NCBI GenBank assembly: GCA_030265395.1
Contig: JARFYF010000052.1
Span: 86,026,416-86,090,415 of the forward strand
DNA from: Rhina ancylostomus
Lineage: Eukaryota
Length of the DNA stretch: 64,000 bases
Direction of reading: 5' to 3'
Shown here: one piece after another, positions 50,632 to 63,164 of the stretch
Position numbering within the stretch: the stretch's first letter is position 1
How the letters are laid out: every line of letters begins with the position of its first letter
Notes under the pieces: generated by a model
Told to the model about the DNA's origin: nothing
The model's database searches: none
The model's input: only the letters and a program-made list of their open reading frames with translations
Position numbers and translations under genes: made by a program

Positions 50632-51647
50632 CCCTATAGAGGCACTTTCAATGTCGTGTCTGCTTCTTTTGGAGCTGCTGAGGTCAAGGATGCCATGTTA
50701 TTAAGCAGGCCATTAGTGATAGCTTGGAACCCTCACTCCTCACCTCTCAGCAAGGAATTAGCATACTACTAGCTTGTCACTTGCCCAACTGGGAGGAACC
50801 ATAAGGTCAAAAATGATGAGTATTTTGCAAACTAGAACGTAGGATGTGTCCCCACTCATTCTGTACTCAGTGGCACCTGAATAGTTAAAAAAAGTAAACA
50901 TTGTGCACTCATAACTTTGTCAGTGTTTTTTGGAAAACATTAAATATCAGTCTCATCCTTCAAAGTTTTCAATATAAAGATCACAGAAATATCATTTAAA
51001 ATTGACTAGCATCATTTTGTTTGCATGTCAACAGTTCTCGGAAAACTGCTGGCTATATACTGTATGGATCAGATTGTTCCTCAGTTCTGCACCTGTATAT
51101 GCAGGGTTAGGACCAGGCTGGGAGTTGGGTGCTGTTGCATCTATCTCCTATCCCACTGCACTGAGCCCAGGGGTGGAGCTCGGATGTTCTGAGTTGAAGA
51201 GCTGAACATCCAGCTTCTCGATTTCATGCAAGCCATAGCTGGCATATATACTATGAACCCCATTCACGAGTGAGGTCACTGACCTTGATTGGGAAGGTTA
51301 ATTGCAGGTAAGTGGCTTGTTTCTTTTATTTTGTCTTATTCATCTTGGTGTTTTTAGAGAACACATCAATAAATTTACCTAAAGATCCAAAGTACTGGTC
51401 CATCAGCAGAAGAAGGGCAACAGGTAACATTCAGGAGTATTCCTTGTTTATGTTTGTCCTGATGCCATTAGACTTCATGGGATTCCAAACTAATGTCCAA
51501 GGTGAGGCCATAAATAAAAGCTTTCTAACACGCTTATTTTTGGCTAACTTAACAGATTTTTCTTTCTCTCTACTGGTATATTGTTTAGTTTGAGCAGCAA
51601 AGTAGAGTGATTGTCCATCAACAAGTATTTAAAAATGCATGATGTTG

Positions 51648-51649
<2 letters not shown>

Positions 51650-51709
<60 letters not shown>

Positions 51710-51713
51710 TGTG
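51650..51713. repeat. (GT)n microsatellite abutting a gap
   Basis: Directly visible. Confidence 0.99.
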
Positions 51714-53519
51714 NNNNNNNNNNNNNNNNNNNNNNNNNNNNNNNNNNNNNNNNNNNNNNNNNNNNNNNNNNNNNNNNNNNNNNNNNNNNNNNNNNNNNNN
51801 NNNNNNNNNNNNNGGGGGGGTGGGGTGGGGGGGGGGCTGGAAAAGGGAGAGGTAGTGGCTGTATTTGTCCCTGGACACATGATAATCATTACTGTCCTAC
51901 AGCTTGAAGGTACCATCTGAATGATATTTAAACAGGACAACCTATTTGGTACAGCAGGTCCCAACAAACAGCAGGGGCTCACAAATTGTTAATGGGTGAA
52001 TTATCTGTTTTAGTCATCTTGTTTCAGAGATAAATATCAGCCTGGACATTCATTACTGAGTGTCACAAACTACATCAAATGACTGCCAATCCACACAACA
52101 GCGTAAATTCAATAGGTTTGTAAATCTGTCAAAAATAATAAAGCTTCAAATTAATATTTAAGTAATTATTTATTTAGAGAAAGCAGGAGGCTAGCAAAGT
52201 GCTGGTTCTGGATTAGAATAAAATGAGAAGGTTGCAAAAAGAATACACATTTATATTCTCATAGACAATATTGGAACAAAACACCAACTTTGGTTGGGTA
52301 AGAATTAGAATGCGTACTGATGACCCCTAATGATGATAATCTAGATATTAATTTACAGCCCAGTGGTGACTGGCAGAATCTATCAATTACAGCATTAAAC
52401 TAGCCACCAGCTGCAGCTGCAGCGTACTGAATTACTCCTCAAACTGCTGTCATTTCACTTGAATTTTACAGACACAATTAACACTTAGACAATCCATACA
52501 TTAGTGGGCTGTCTCAGGAAATCTCAGCAGTGCAAAAACAATTCATCAGGAGATTTGCCCAAGATTGATAAATATTAATGTACTTTTTGTCAAAGAATTC
52601 TTGCAAGTTCATCAAATGCTAATTTAAAAACCACAGAAACAACATTTAAAAATCTGATTGGAAGGTGAGTGCAGTGACATCCAAAAGGTACCTTCATTCA
52701 ATTAAGTTAATGGCCACAATTTTATTCAGATTGTGGACTGGTGGGGAGGGGGGAGGTGGTCCTAGAATTGTGAGGAGGAATCCTGAAAGCCAACTGACAG
52801 GTCAAAACCTGCAATCTCAAATCAACTATGCCAATTAATTTTGACATTCACCTTCCACATTTTCAAGCAGTGCGGCAGTCTAGATTCACACCCAGATGAC
52901 ACTTTTTCAGCAGTCTTTAGGGAGCCAGAGCACAATTGAAATTGGAGGTGTTCAGATGGATACTGGAGATAGATGTCAACACCTAGACTGAATGATGGAT
53001 CTGCTGGTGGACCTACTCAGAATGAAGAGTGTACTTTCCATAGCCATAATGCATCTCCCACCATGAAAGTATGGAAGTGTTGAATGCATTGGAAATGCTT
53101 GTATTCTCTCAGATAGTCTCACAAGGTGCTCTTGCCCATGTTTGTCCTGGCAGTATTAAACTTCACTATACCCACTGTCAATGCTGAGAGCTGACACGAT
53201 AGCTCCCTCCTGCCTGAATATTACTGTACCGCCACATCTGGTAGGTCTATCCTGTCAGACGGATGTAACATACCCAGAGATTGTATTCAAGGAGCCTGGT
53301 ATGGAGCGATATGATTTCATTTTGTTGGTATGACCATGTCAACCACCGGGTCCTCATTCCGCATGGGAAAGAAAGCTGGGTGCCCAGTTCTGCTGCTAAG
53401 GCAGATCGCTGGCTTACCCTGCATGTTGGCTTTCAGTGATCTAGCTCTCTTGGAACATCAGCATTATCTAGTATCTTTAACAAGGACAGAGATTGTTAAA
53501 GGAATCGGGTAATGTTTAT

Positions 53520-54140
53520 GCTCACAGGAACTGAGGTGTCCTTAAACATTAATCACTGAAAGCAAACATGTAGCTACAGGAAGGCAAATGGTATGTTGCC
53601 TTTTTTTACAAGAAGATTTGAGTACAAGTTGTCTTACTGCAAGTATATAGGGCCTTGGTGAGACCTGAGTACAGTTTTATATTCTGTTGTGGTCCTTACT
53701 AAAAAGAGGATGTACTTAATTTAGAAGGAGTGCAGGGAAGGTTCACTGGACTGGTTCCTGGGATGGTGGGTTTGCCATATGGGGGGGATTAAGGAGACTA
53801 GGCCAGTATTCTCTGGAGCTCAGAAGAATGAGAGGAGATCTCACTGAAACGTAAGAAATTCTTGCAGAGAGTGACAGGCTAAATGCAGAGAGGATGTTTC
53901 CCCTGGCTGAGGAGTCTAGGGTCAGGGTTCACAGACTCAGAATAAGAAGGAGTCCAATTGAGATTGAGGTGAGAAGTCAGTCATGCACAGGAGGTTAGAT
54001 TTTTAGAATTCTCTGCCCCTAGGTCCATTCCCGAGGTCAACTCAGTCATCAAGTTTGTCAAAATGGAGATCAATAGATTTATAGATATTAAGCCAATCAA
54101 GGCAAATGGGGATGGTGAAGGAAAGTGGTATAGAGTAGTT
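53520..54140 (+). mobile_element. Old CR1 LINE 3' part
   Basis: gcaaatggtatgttgcc, tatagggccttggtgagacc, cagaagaatgagaggagatctcactgaaac (RRMRGDLTET) and tagaattctctgccc. Confidence 0.85.
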
Positions 54141-54843
54141 TCCCTCTTCCTCTTCTAGAGAAACAATGGCAGCACAATGAAGAAAATTAGGAAATGTAAT
54201 TTGAATAATGCATATGAAATATTAAGTTGTTCAGTTTCCTGCCTAATATTTTGTCCCAATAATCAACTCCCTTCTTCCCTGGTTTCAGATGAATGTCAAT
54301 GGATGTCAGGTCTGAATAGGTAGATTTTCATTGTGTGATGGCCAGTTTGCAGTCTTTTATTGAAAAGAATGTGGATGGTGGGGGTTGGAGGTGGTGCTGA
54401 AAATGAGACTTCTTTAGTTATGTTTCACACAAGGAACTGATGCAATGCAAGGGAACCAATGCAATGGATGACCCTTTTTCATCTTCCTCTCCTATTCATA
54501 CTTGTCCTCATCAGAAGATGAGTGGTGAGCCTCTTCATCCTCCACCTCTATAATTTCTGCCGCTGCATAATGTGGGAGGGTTGTGGTTACCACTATCAGT
54601 TAAAACACCCTTCTGGGATGTTTCAGATCCATCTACCCAGAACACCATTGGCTTCCTCTATGATGCACCTGGTGACCACGTAACTTTCCTTGTAGTTATC
54701 CTGATTGGACTCATGAGCTGAGTTTGAAGGTGGAAAACATTGTCTCTATGAGAGCCCTAAGGCTTCATCCTGGATTGAAAGGTTTAGAATGTTGGACTGC
54801 TGCAATGTGAAAACCTCATAGGAGCTGTTTTGGAACTTTTATA

Positions 54844-55224
54844 CCGGTTGAAACTCTCTGATCTGGCATTCTGTGGTCCGGCAACTCCTGTGATCCAACA
54901 TGCTTGAGCCTGTAGTACAGATCTATACTAATTAACTAATTCTAACTAAGATATAAATAAATCTGTACTTGTCTGTAGCTAATTAACCTACCAATGCAAC
55001 TTTTGTGGTTCAGTTGACAGTGATCTCAGCCAACAGTTTTACTGACTTAGGGAAACCTTGGGTTACGGACAGTTCTTGGAACCCTTATCTATGCTTAAAA
55101 AGAGCAGTTCTCCTGCTCAGAGGAAGGTGATCAGGGGCAATTACTGGGTTCTGTGGTCAGGTAGATTTCTGTGGTCAGGCAACAGGCAAGTCTCAAGGGT
55201 GTCGGACTATGGAGTTTCAAACTA
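54844..55224. mobile_element. pogo/Tigger-like (Tc1/mariner superfamily) MITE
   Basis: TA on both flanks. Diverged TIRs: ccggttgaaactctctgatctggca versus reverse complement tagtttgaaactccatagtccgaca. Subterminal ttctgtggtc repeats. Confidence 0.6.
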
Positions 55225-55404
55225 TAATTTTAACCATCTAGAATTTTGAAAAAAACCTACTAATTTTAATCATGATGACCACACAATTACTGGATTGACA
55301 TAAAATCCTACCTGGTTCACTAATGCTCTTCATGGAAGAAATCTACAACCCTAATCCTCTGTGACCCCAGACCCACCAATGTAGTTGACTCTTAAGTGGC
55401 TAAT

Positions 55405-55945
55405 TGTATAGGAAGCATCCTACCCGAATGCACCACGGCTTGGCATGGCGACTGCTCTGCAGGAAACTGCAAGAAACCACGGACAGTTGTGGACACAGTT
55501 CAGCACATCACGGAAACCAGCCTCCCCTCTATGGACTCTGTATATATCTCTCGCTGCCTTGGTGAAGCAGTCAGCATAATCAAAGACCCCACCTACCCCA
55601 AATATTCTCTCTTCTCCCCCCTCCAATCTGGCAGAAGATACAAAAGCCTGAAAGCACATACCACCAGCATTTCTATCCCTCTGTTATAAAACTATTGAAC
55701 AGTCCCCTAGTACGGTAAGATGGACTCTTGACTTCACAATCTACCTCATTATGACTTTGCGCCTTATTGTCTGCCTGCACTGCACTTTCTCTGTAACTGG
55801 AACACTTTTTTCTGCATTCTGTTATTGTTTTACCTTGTACTACCTCAATGCACTGTGTAATGAATTGATCTGTATGGATGGTATACAATACAATTTTTAC
55901 ACTGTACCTCGGTACATGTAACAATAATAAACTAATTTACCAATT
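55405..55945 (+). mobile_element. Rex1/Babar LINE 3' end
   Basis: CIGSILPECTTAWHGDCSAGNCKKPRTVVDTVQHITETSLPSMDSVYISRCLGEAVSIIKDPTYP plus the 3' UTR. Confidence 0.93.
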
Positions 55946-55964
55946 TATATTATAACAGACAATA

Positions 55965-56680
55965 AAATAAAACCAGACAGGTCACCCAGCATCAATCTAG
56001 GCATTGAACTCAGACACGGCAAAGTTGCTCCCAGTTCGGTAGATCTTGCAAAGCTCTTCACACAAGCACCTGGGGATTTGTGCCCAAATTGGGAAAGCTG
56101 TCCCACGGACTTGACAAGCTACAGCCTGACATCATCATACTCACAGAATCACGGCACAGCAAATATCCCAGACCCTCTTTTTTGTAGGACACACCCACCA
56201 AGGGGGCAGGGGGGTGGGGTGCTGCACAATGGTATACAGATGTGAGGGATAAACCCTGGGAATTCTCAACATTTACTCCAGCCTCCATGTGTTCCCCCTA
56301 CTTCCAAACCCACGACTTCTACCTCCAAGAAGACAAGGGCAGCAGGTGCACAGTAACACCAACACCTACAATTTCCCCTTCAAATCACAGTCCTGACTTG
56401 GAAATATGTCACTGGTCCTTTGTCTACGTCCAAGAACTCCCTACTGAACAGCACAGTGGGATGATGTTTACCAGAAGGACTGCAGCACCTCAAGATAAGA
56501 TAAGATATCTTTATTAGTCACACATACATCGAAACACACAGTGAAATGCATCTTTGCATAGGGTGTTCTGGGGGCAGCCCGCAAGTGTCGCCACGCTTCC
56601 GGCACCACCATCACGTTCCCAGGGACAACTGTGGATGAGCAATAAATTCTGGCTTTGCCAGCAAGGCACAGACTCTGAAA
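55965..56680 (+). mobile_element. Internally deleted L2-like LINE (endonuclease start joined to 3' tail)
   Basis: GFVPKLGKLSHGLDKLQPDIIILTES, then a tail homologous to 10500-10790. Confidence 0.65.
56492..56608 (-). mobile_element. Tail-only V-SINE copy
   Basis: aagatatctttattagtcacacatacatcgaaacacacagtgaaatgcatcttt matches 48285-48390. Confidence 0.88.
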
Positions 56681-59600
56681 AAGTAATAAATGGCAAAATT
56701 GCAAGCAGCTGACACCTGGGTTATCCGGGCAGAGAAATGAATCCCAGTTCCTGTTAATTCCAGCTATTGTCATCACAAGGACATTTTACAGAAATGTAGC
56801 ATTGGCAAATAAGCCATCCATGAGCGGTCTTGAGTATTTATGTGCAGTGAATTGGGAGAATCTAGTAAATCACCGGAAGCACCGCGGAAGGATCTGGAGG
56901 GGATAAGAATGAGGGAAATGTATGGCCACCTGGTCCAGCAGGGAGTCGGCGGACATTTGATTCTTCCCGATACAGCAATGGATACCTGCAGAACCACTTC
57001 TCTTCCATCAGTGTAGAAAATTGGTCCTGAAGTGTGGACAGTGCTTCATGAGAATTCAAGCCAACTCCTGCGCCCCTCCCTCTTGTACACATCCTTCTCA
57101 TTCACTCCACTTCTGTCACCTTCCTTCTTGCGCACACCTTACCACAGGGCCTTTCACCAAAACACTCAGGGAAGCAGCTATGGACTGCAGCATTTATTGA
57201 CCGACTTGCCTTTCAGATCTGCAGCTTCCTCCAATCTCACTTTTCTCCTGCTTCAGTTTCACTGGTGAGTTGCAGGAAGGCGAGCTATCCACTCAGCAAA
57301 AACATCAAAACTCCTGTCAATATTGCCCTTAGTAAGCTGTCACCTTATTGAAATTGTCAACCCAGCTGTCCAGAGAAGCAACCATACCTGACATTACTGG
57401 TTGACACAGCATTCCCTGAAAAATAACATCAACATTTACATTTTCATTGCCTTTGTAACATAGAGCATAGAACAGTACAGCTCAGGAACAGGCCCTTCAG
57501 CCCACAATGTNNNNNNNNNNNNNNNNNNNNNNNNNNNCTAATCACATCTGCCTGCGCATGGTCTGTATCCCTCCATTCCCTGCCTGTTCATGTGCCTGTC
57601 TAAATGTCTCTTAATCGTTGATAGCATATCTACTTCCAACACCTCCTCTGGCAGTATGTTCAAGGCACCTAGCTCTCTCTGTGTAAAAAAACTTGCCTTG
57701 TAAATCTCCTTTAAACTTTCCACCTCTCACCTTAAAGCTATGCCCACTGGTATTTGACAATTCCACCCTGGGAAAAATACTCTGACCATCTACCTCATCT
57801 ATGCCTCTCATAATTTTGCCTACTTCTATCAGGTCACCCCTCAACCTCTGATGCTCAAGAAAAATCACTCCAAGTTTGTTCAACCTTTCCTTATAGCTAA
57901 TATTCTCTAACCCAGGCAATATCTTGGTGAACCTCTTCTGCATCTTCTCCAAAGCCCCCACGTCCTTCCTATAATGTGCAACCAGAACTGAACATGTGGC
58001 CTAACCAAAATTTTATACAGTTGTAACATGACTTGCCAACTTTTATACTCAATCCCCTGACTGATGTCAGCAAACATGCTGTATGCCTTCTTTAGCACCC
58101 CATCTACTTGTGTTGCCACTCTCAGGACTTGCACGCCAAGATCCCTCTGAACGTCAATGCTCCGGATGGTCCTGCCATTGACTGTAGGCTTTCTTCTTAC
58201 ACTTGACCTCCCTCAGTGCAACACCTTATACTTGTCCGGATTAAACTCCATTTGCCATTTTTCCACCCTTTTTTTTCCCAACTGTATCCTTTGACAATCT
58301 TCCTCACTAATAACTCTGCCAATTTTTGTATCATCTGCAAATTTACTAATCAGTCCACCTACATTTTCATCCAAATCAGACAAAAGAGGTCCTAGCACTG
58401 ATCCCTGTGGAACACCACAGGTCACAGACCTCCAGTCGGAATAACATCCCTCCATCATTACCCCTGTCTTCCACAGCGAAGCCAATTTTGAATCCAATTG
58501 ACCANNNNNNNNNNATAAGACGTGACCTGCCCCACACAAAGCCATGCTGACTATCCTTAACATACTTTTTCTAAATGCGAGTAAATCCTATCCCTGAGAA
58601 TCTTCTCCAATAATTTCCCTACCTGTGAGGTAAAGTTTACCAGTTTATAATTTGCTAGATTATCCCTATTGCCCTTCTTAAACAAAGGAACAACATTAGC
58701 TATTTTCCACTCCTCTGGGACCTCACCTGCAGCTAATGAGGAGACGAAGATCTATGTCAAGGCCCCAACAATCTCCTCTCTTTCCTCTCTCAATAGCCTG
58801 GGATAAACTCCATCAGGCCCTGGAAACCTATCCATTTTAATGTTCTTCAAGAGGCCCAACACCTCCTCCTTCTTGATATCAACATGCCCTAGAATATCAG
58901 CATACCTCTCCCTGATCTCACTACCCTCCATGTCCTTATCCTTGGTGAATATTGATACTCATTTAGTACCTTGCTTACTTCCTCTAGCTCCAGACATAAA
59001 TTTCCCCCTTTGTCCCCGAGTGGTCCTACCCTCTCCGTAGCTACCCTCTCCTTTTTAACACATGCATAAAATCCCTTTTAATTTTCCTTAATCGTCCTTG
59101 TTAAAGACATTTCATGGCCCCTTTTAGCCCTCCTGATTCTGTGTTTAAGTTCTTATGTGCTTCCTGGAATTGGAATTGCAATACAGTGACAATAATAAAC
59201 CTTTATATTCCTTTATATTCCTCAAGGGCCCTGTCCAATCTCAGCTTCCTAAACCGTACATCTGCTTCCTTTTTCTTTCCAACTAAATTTACAACATCTC
59301 TAGTCATCCAAGTTTCCCAAACTCTGACATACTTGTCTTTCTTCCTTACAGGAACATTTTGGTCCTGAATTCTGGCCTGTAAACAGCCCCAATGCCAGAT
59401 GTGGATTTATCCAATAACAGCTGCTCCCAATCTATTCTCCCCAGCTTTGCCTAATACTGTTGTAGTTAGCCTTCCCCCAATTTGGCACTTCTCCAAAGTA
59501 CATTCTTATCCTTATCTATAACTATCTGAAAACTTATGGAGTTATGATCATTATTCCCAAACCATTCTCCCACTGAAACTCCAATCACCTGGCCAGGCTC

Positions 59601-59781
59601 TTTTCCCACCACAAGGTCTAGTAATAGCTCCTTCCCTAGTTGGACTATCAACATACAGTTTCAAAGAGAAACCTCCTGGATNNNNNNNNNNNNNNNNNNN
59701 NNNNNNNNNNNNNNNNNNNNNNNNNNNNNNNNNNNNNNNNNNNNNNNNNNNNNNNNNNNNNNNNNNNNNNNNNNNNNNNNN

Positions 59782-59858
<77 letters not shown>

Positions 59859-59868
59859 AGTGTGTGTG
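59782..59868. repeat. (GT)n microsatellite abutting a gap
   Basis: Directly visible. Confidence 0.99.
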
Positions 59869-60050
59869 CCCTTCACCCCTGTTGTGACACTCCCCACATT
59901 TCACGATCATCCTAGTGCGAGTGTGCATCTGTTCCTTCACATTCTGCTCCTGCATCGGTCTTTGTGAATAAAATCCTCTTTTTAAAGTACAAAGACTGTG
60001 TGTCCAGATACCTTTTACCTTTAAGATCCCAGAAGAACCTTTCTCATAAC
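59850..60050 (+). mobile_element. 3' part of an LTR-like insertion nested in the CR1
   Basis: Non-CR1 sequence with AATAAA at about 59967, ending ...ctcataac just before the CR1 resumes at 60051. The 5' end is hidden in the gap. Confidence 0.45.
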
Positions 60051-60237
60051 GGTCCTCCAGGATGTCCTCTCTAAGTGCAGCTGCAGCTTTCTCCCTAATC
60101 AGTAGTGCAACCCCACCACCTCCTTTACTCCTTCTCTGTTGCATCCGAAAGATCTAAACCCTGGAATGCTGAACTGCCAGTCCTGCCTTTCTCTCAGCTA
60201 AGTCTTTGTAATGGACACAACATCATAGTTCCATAGT

Positions 60238-60375
60238 TGAGTCCTGATGAAGGGTTTCGAGTTGAAGCATCCACTATTTATTCCCCTCCATAGATGCTGC
60301 CTGACCTGCGGAGTTCCTTCAGCATCTTGTATGTGTTGCTCGAGATTCCAGCATCTGCAAAATCTCTTGTGTCAT
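60238..60375 (+). mobile_element. Penelope-derived element with hammerhead-like motif
   Basis: gtc-ctgatga-agggtttcgagtt-gaag, then tcccctccatagatgctgcctgacctgcggagttcc...ttccagcatctgca. Confidence 0.8.
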
Positions 60376-61077
60376 CATAAGATCCATGCCTTAATCCAGG
60401 CTCTAAGTTCATCTGCTGGGCTATATGGAAAAAGTATCCAAAACAGATCTTCCTTCTTAATAAGAAATTAAAATAGCATTGGGATACTGTGTATATGATG
60501 GTCTTCAATTTATTTAGAACAATGAGGCCTATCAATACAGTCCAACAAAGTGGCAACAGTGCAGGAATATGTTGGTAACATAGCCAGCTCCATTGTAATT
60601 CTGCTGTGGCATGATTTCCCCTGGATGGTGAGAATTAAAATCTCTCCTTGTCCATTTGAGGGTAGAAAGTATAAAAGAAAAGCAAATATTGTTGAAATTT
60701 TAGAGATTCAACTTAGATGTAACATTGAAATGTTTAAAATGGAAGGATTAAAGTTATTTTTCACAACACCAGAGTCAATGAGATTGGTTTTCTTTGCTTC
60801 AATGAAAATTACTTTGCACAAACTACAACTTAGGTAGTTTACTACTTGCACCTAAAGTTGATCTTGGTTTTGAATTTTTTCTTTCGGTAACAAAACTGAT
60901 AAAGAAAAAATGCTGATGAAATCAATTTACTTCTTGATTGATCCTGCTCTTTATAGAATAAAAGGATTGACGGAAATTATCAGAATTGATGGATAATGTA
61001 TACATATGCGAGTTATTTTATTTGAAATGCCCCTTCATTAACTCCTTCCCATGCNNNNNNNNNNGGGACCCTTTATT

Positions 61078-61210
61078 TCTAAGTCCAGATAAAGGGTTTC
61101 AACCTGAAATGTCAGCTCTCCATTTCCTTCCATATATGCTGCCTGATCAGTTGAGTTCCTCCAGTGCTTTTCGTGTTGCTCTAGGTTCCAGCATCTGCAG
61201 TCTCTTTATT
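61078..61210 (+). mobile_element. Penelope-derived element with hammerhead-like motif
   Basis: agtc-cagataa-agggtt-tc-aacct-gaaa-tgtc, then the family tail. Confidence 0.8.
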
Positions 61211-61328
61211 TCTAAGCCCATTTTATAGGCGTTTTTCTAATTGAACTTTGTTCATTGCTCACAACAAAATTTCCTCTATTTTGGAAGGAACAATTGTAGT
61301 TTGGATAATGACTTGCCAATATTTCTAT

Positions 61329-61463
61329 TGTTACAGACCTAGGTTACTATTGGTGAATATCCCTTTAAGATAGTGTGTGTGAGTGTGTGTGGCATCCTTT
61401 TGTCAACAGAAGATAAAGGAGGTCATGACATTGTTGAAGCAGTCAGTCGGAGTCAGTCTGAAC

Positions 61464-61494
<31 letters not shown>

Positions 61495-62387
61495 CACCAG
61501 CCTGCTTGTCTTCTCTATCGATGGATGAGAAACAACAACTGTGACTGTCACTACAATCCACGGATGGATTTTTGGGGGTAATCTGGTGGAGACCACTTTG
61601 TCATTAGCCTGTAGAGGAAGACAGGTATTTTGTGTGGATGGCCATGTCACGGATGCTTTTCGGGTGTGGCAGACACTTCAGAACAAAGCTGTGGAGTCCA
61701 TTTTGTTGTTGACCTGGAGAGGAAAGCAGGTATTTTGTGTGGACGGCCACAATTCGGATGCTTTTCGGGGTGAGGAAGTCAATACCCAGTAGACACTGAG
61801 GTGTCATTTGGGTTCCAAAGTGGAACATTCGAGTGCCTTTCGGGGTGAGGAAGATGCGGTGGAGTAGTCACTGCTGAGTAAACACTGAGAAGTCGTTTGG
61901 GTTTCATTGTGGAACATTTGGATTTTGTAATTACTCTCTATTTTCTCTCTACATCTACGTCTTATCTTCAGTCAACGGTGGTTGTTGAAGAAGCCTCTAC
62001 TCATGTTTCACCTTATGGCTTGCTGAACTGAACTTTAAGAACCATTCCTGGATGTAGAGTTTGGGAACTTGCCACACACACATGACAAGTTTAGTTAGTT
62101 TTTGGGGTTAATGTTCGGGGTTTAACATTTTTACTTCTAACATTCNNNNNNNNNNNNNNNNNNNNNNNNNNNNNNNNNNNNNNNNNNNNNNNNNNNNNNN
62201 NNNNNNNNNNNNNNNNNNNNNNNNNNNNNNNNNNNNNNNNNNNNNTGTTCAAGGTTTAACATTTTTACTTCTAACACTCTTAACATTTTGATTTTTATTT
62301 TTCTTATTATCATAAGTAGTTATTAATAAAGTAGTTTTAACACTTATACATGACTCGCTGCGTTTCTTTTGTTGCTGGTTTGTAACA
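61329..62387 (+). mobile_element. Long solo LTR (about 1 kb, ERV- or Gypsy-type)
   Basis: tgttacagacc...ggtttgtaaca (10/11 inverted repeat). 4-bp TSD ctat/ctct, AATAAA at 62325, internal tandem repeats and (GA)n. Confidence 0.88.
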
Positions 62388-63065
62388 CTCTATTTCTATC
62401 CTGTTTATAAACATAATTTTGATTTCATGAAATACAATACTTAAATTCCCTTCTTTCCAAATGTTATTCCCTAAATAGGTCTTTGTATTTTTTTAAGCTG
62501 GACATTTTGCCTCTCACAGATGGGAGATATTTAGTCTTGAGCTTCAGGTATCACAATAGTGAGGGCAGAGTTGCTGTCAGGTATCTTTTCTCTGCCCACT
62601 TCTTCCATGAGCTCACAATCCTTCAGCCTGTCTATCTGTGACACTGTTCTTACAATGTTAACTGACAGTTGACATGTCTCATAATATTTATGTTTATGTA
62701 GCATGAACATTTTCCAAATTCTTATGCTTCCTTTTTCAATTTATTTTAAACAAGTATCAATTGTTTTAATATGTTTCATATGTAGTGGGAGAAATGTGTT
62801 CTATGAAAACTGGAAAACTATATCAATTCCATTCATAAAGTTAACTTGGAAGGGAAAGAACACAGCCTTACAAATTATGTTGTTACTTATCACAAAGTGC
62901 TGCTTCTCTCCATATTACATAATACTCCATCGTTCATATCATTGCACTAAGTAGAAGCTTGCTGACCGGCAGCCACGCAGGGATGATTATACATTTTATC
63001 CTATGGAAAGAGCCACAAATGTATAATGTAAAAAATATAGAAAACACAAATTTCCTTTGACCTAC

Positions 63066-63164
63066 CGTTCTAAATAAATGGTCTGGAAACTTGGTAAATC
63101 CGGATCCATTGGTGTAATCCATGATGAGAGGCTGGGAACTTAACGACATTTGGGTGTGGATCTC
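63066..63164 (-). CDS. Putative internal coding exon of an unidentified host gene (EIHTQMSLSSQPLIMDYTNGSGFTKFPDHLFRT)
   Basis: Minus strand cttttcttag|GAG...ACG|gtaggt. Length 99 nt, and only the phase-0 frame is stop-free. Non-repetitive, with retained CpGs and AT-rich flanks. Protein not recognised. Confidence 0.6.

Larger units (their letters stand above)
57458..60236 (-). mobile_element. CR1 LINE, most of ORF2, decayed
   Basis: GGGVALLIRE, YVDSPTREGA, GNNDHNSISF, SDWRSVTCGVPQGSVLGPLL, ISKFADDTKIG, KWQMEFNPDK and RLRGDLIEVGKIMRGID, plus the tail. Contains gaps and a nested insertion. Confidence 0.95.

Noticed and set aside
51611-51982. VC/HT-repeat ORFs (also 59551-60144)
   Set aside because: Translations of (GT)n microsatellites and N gaps.
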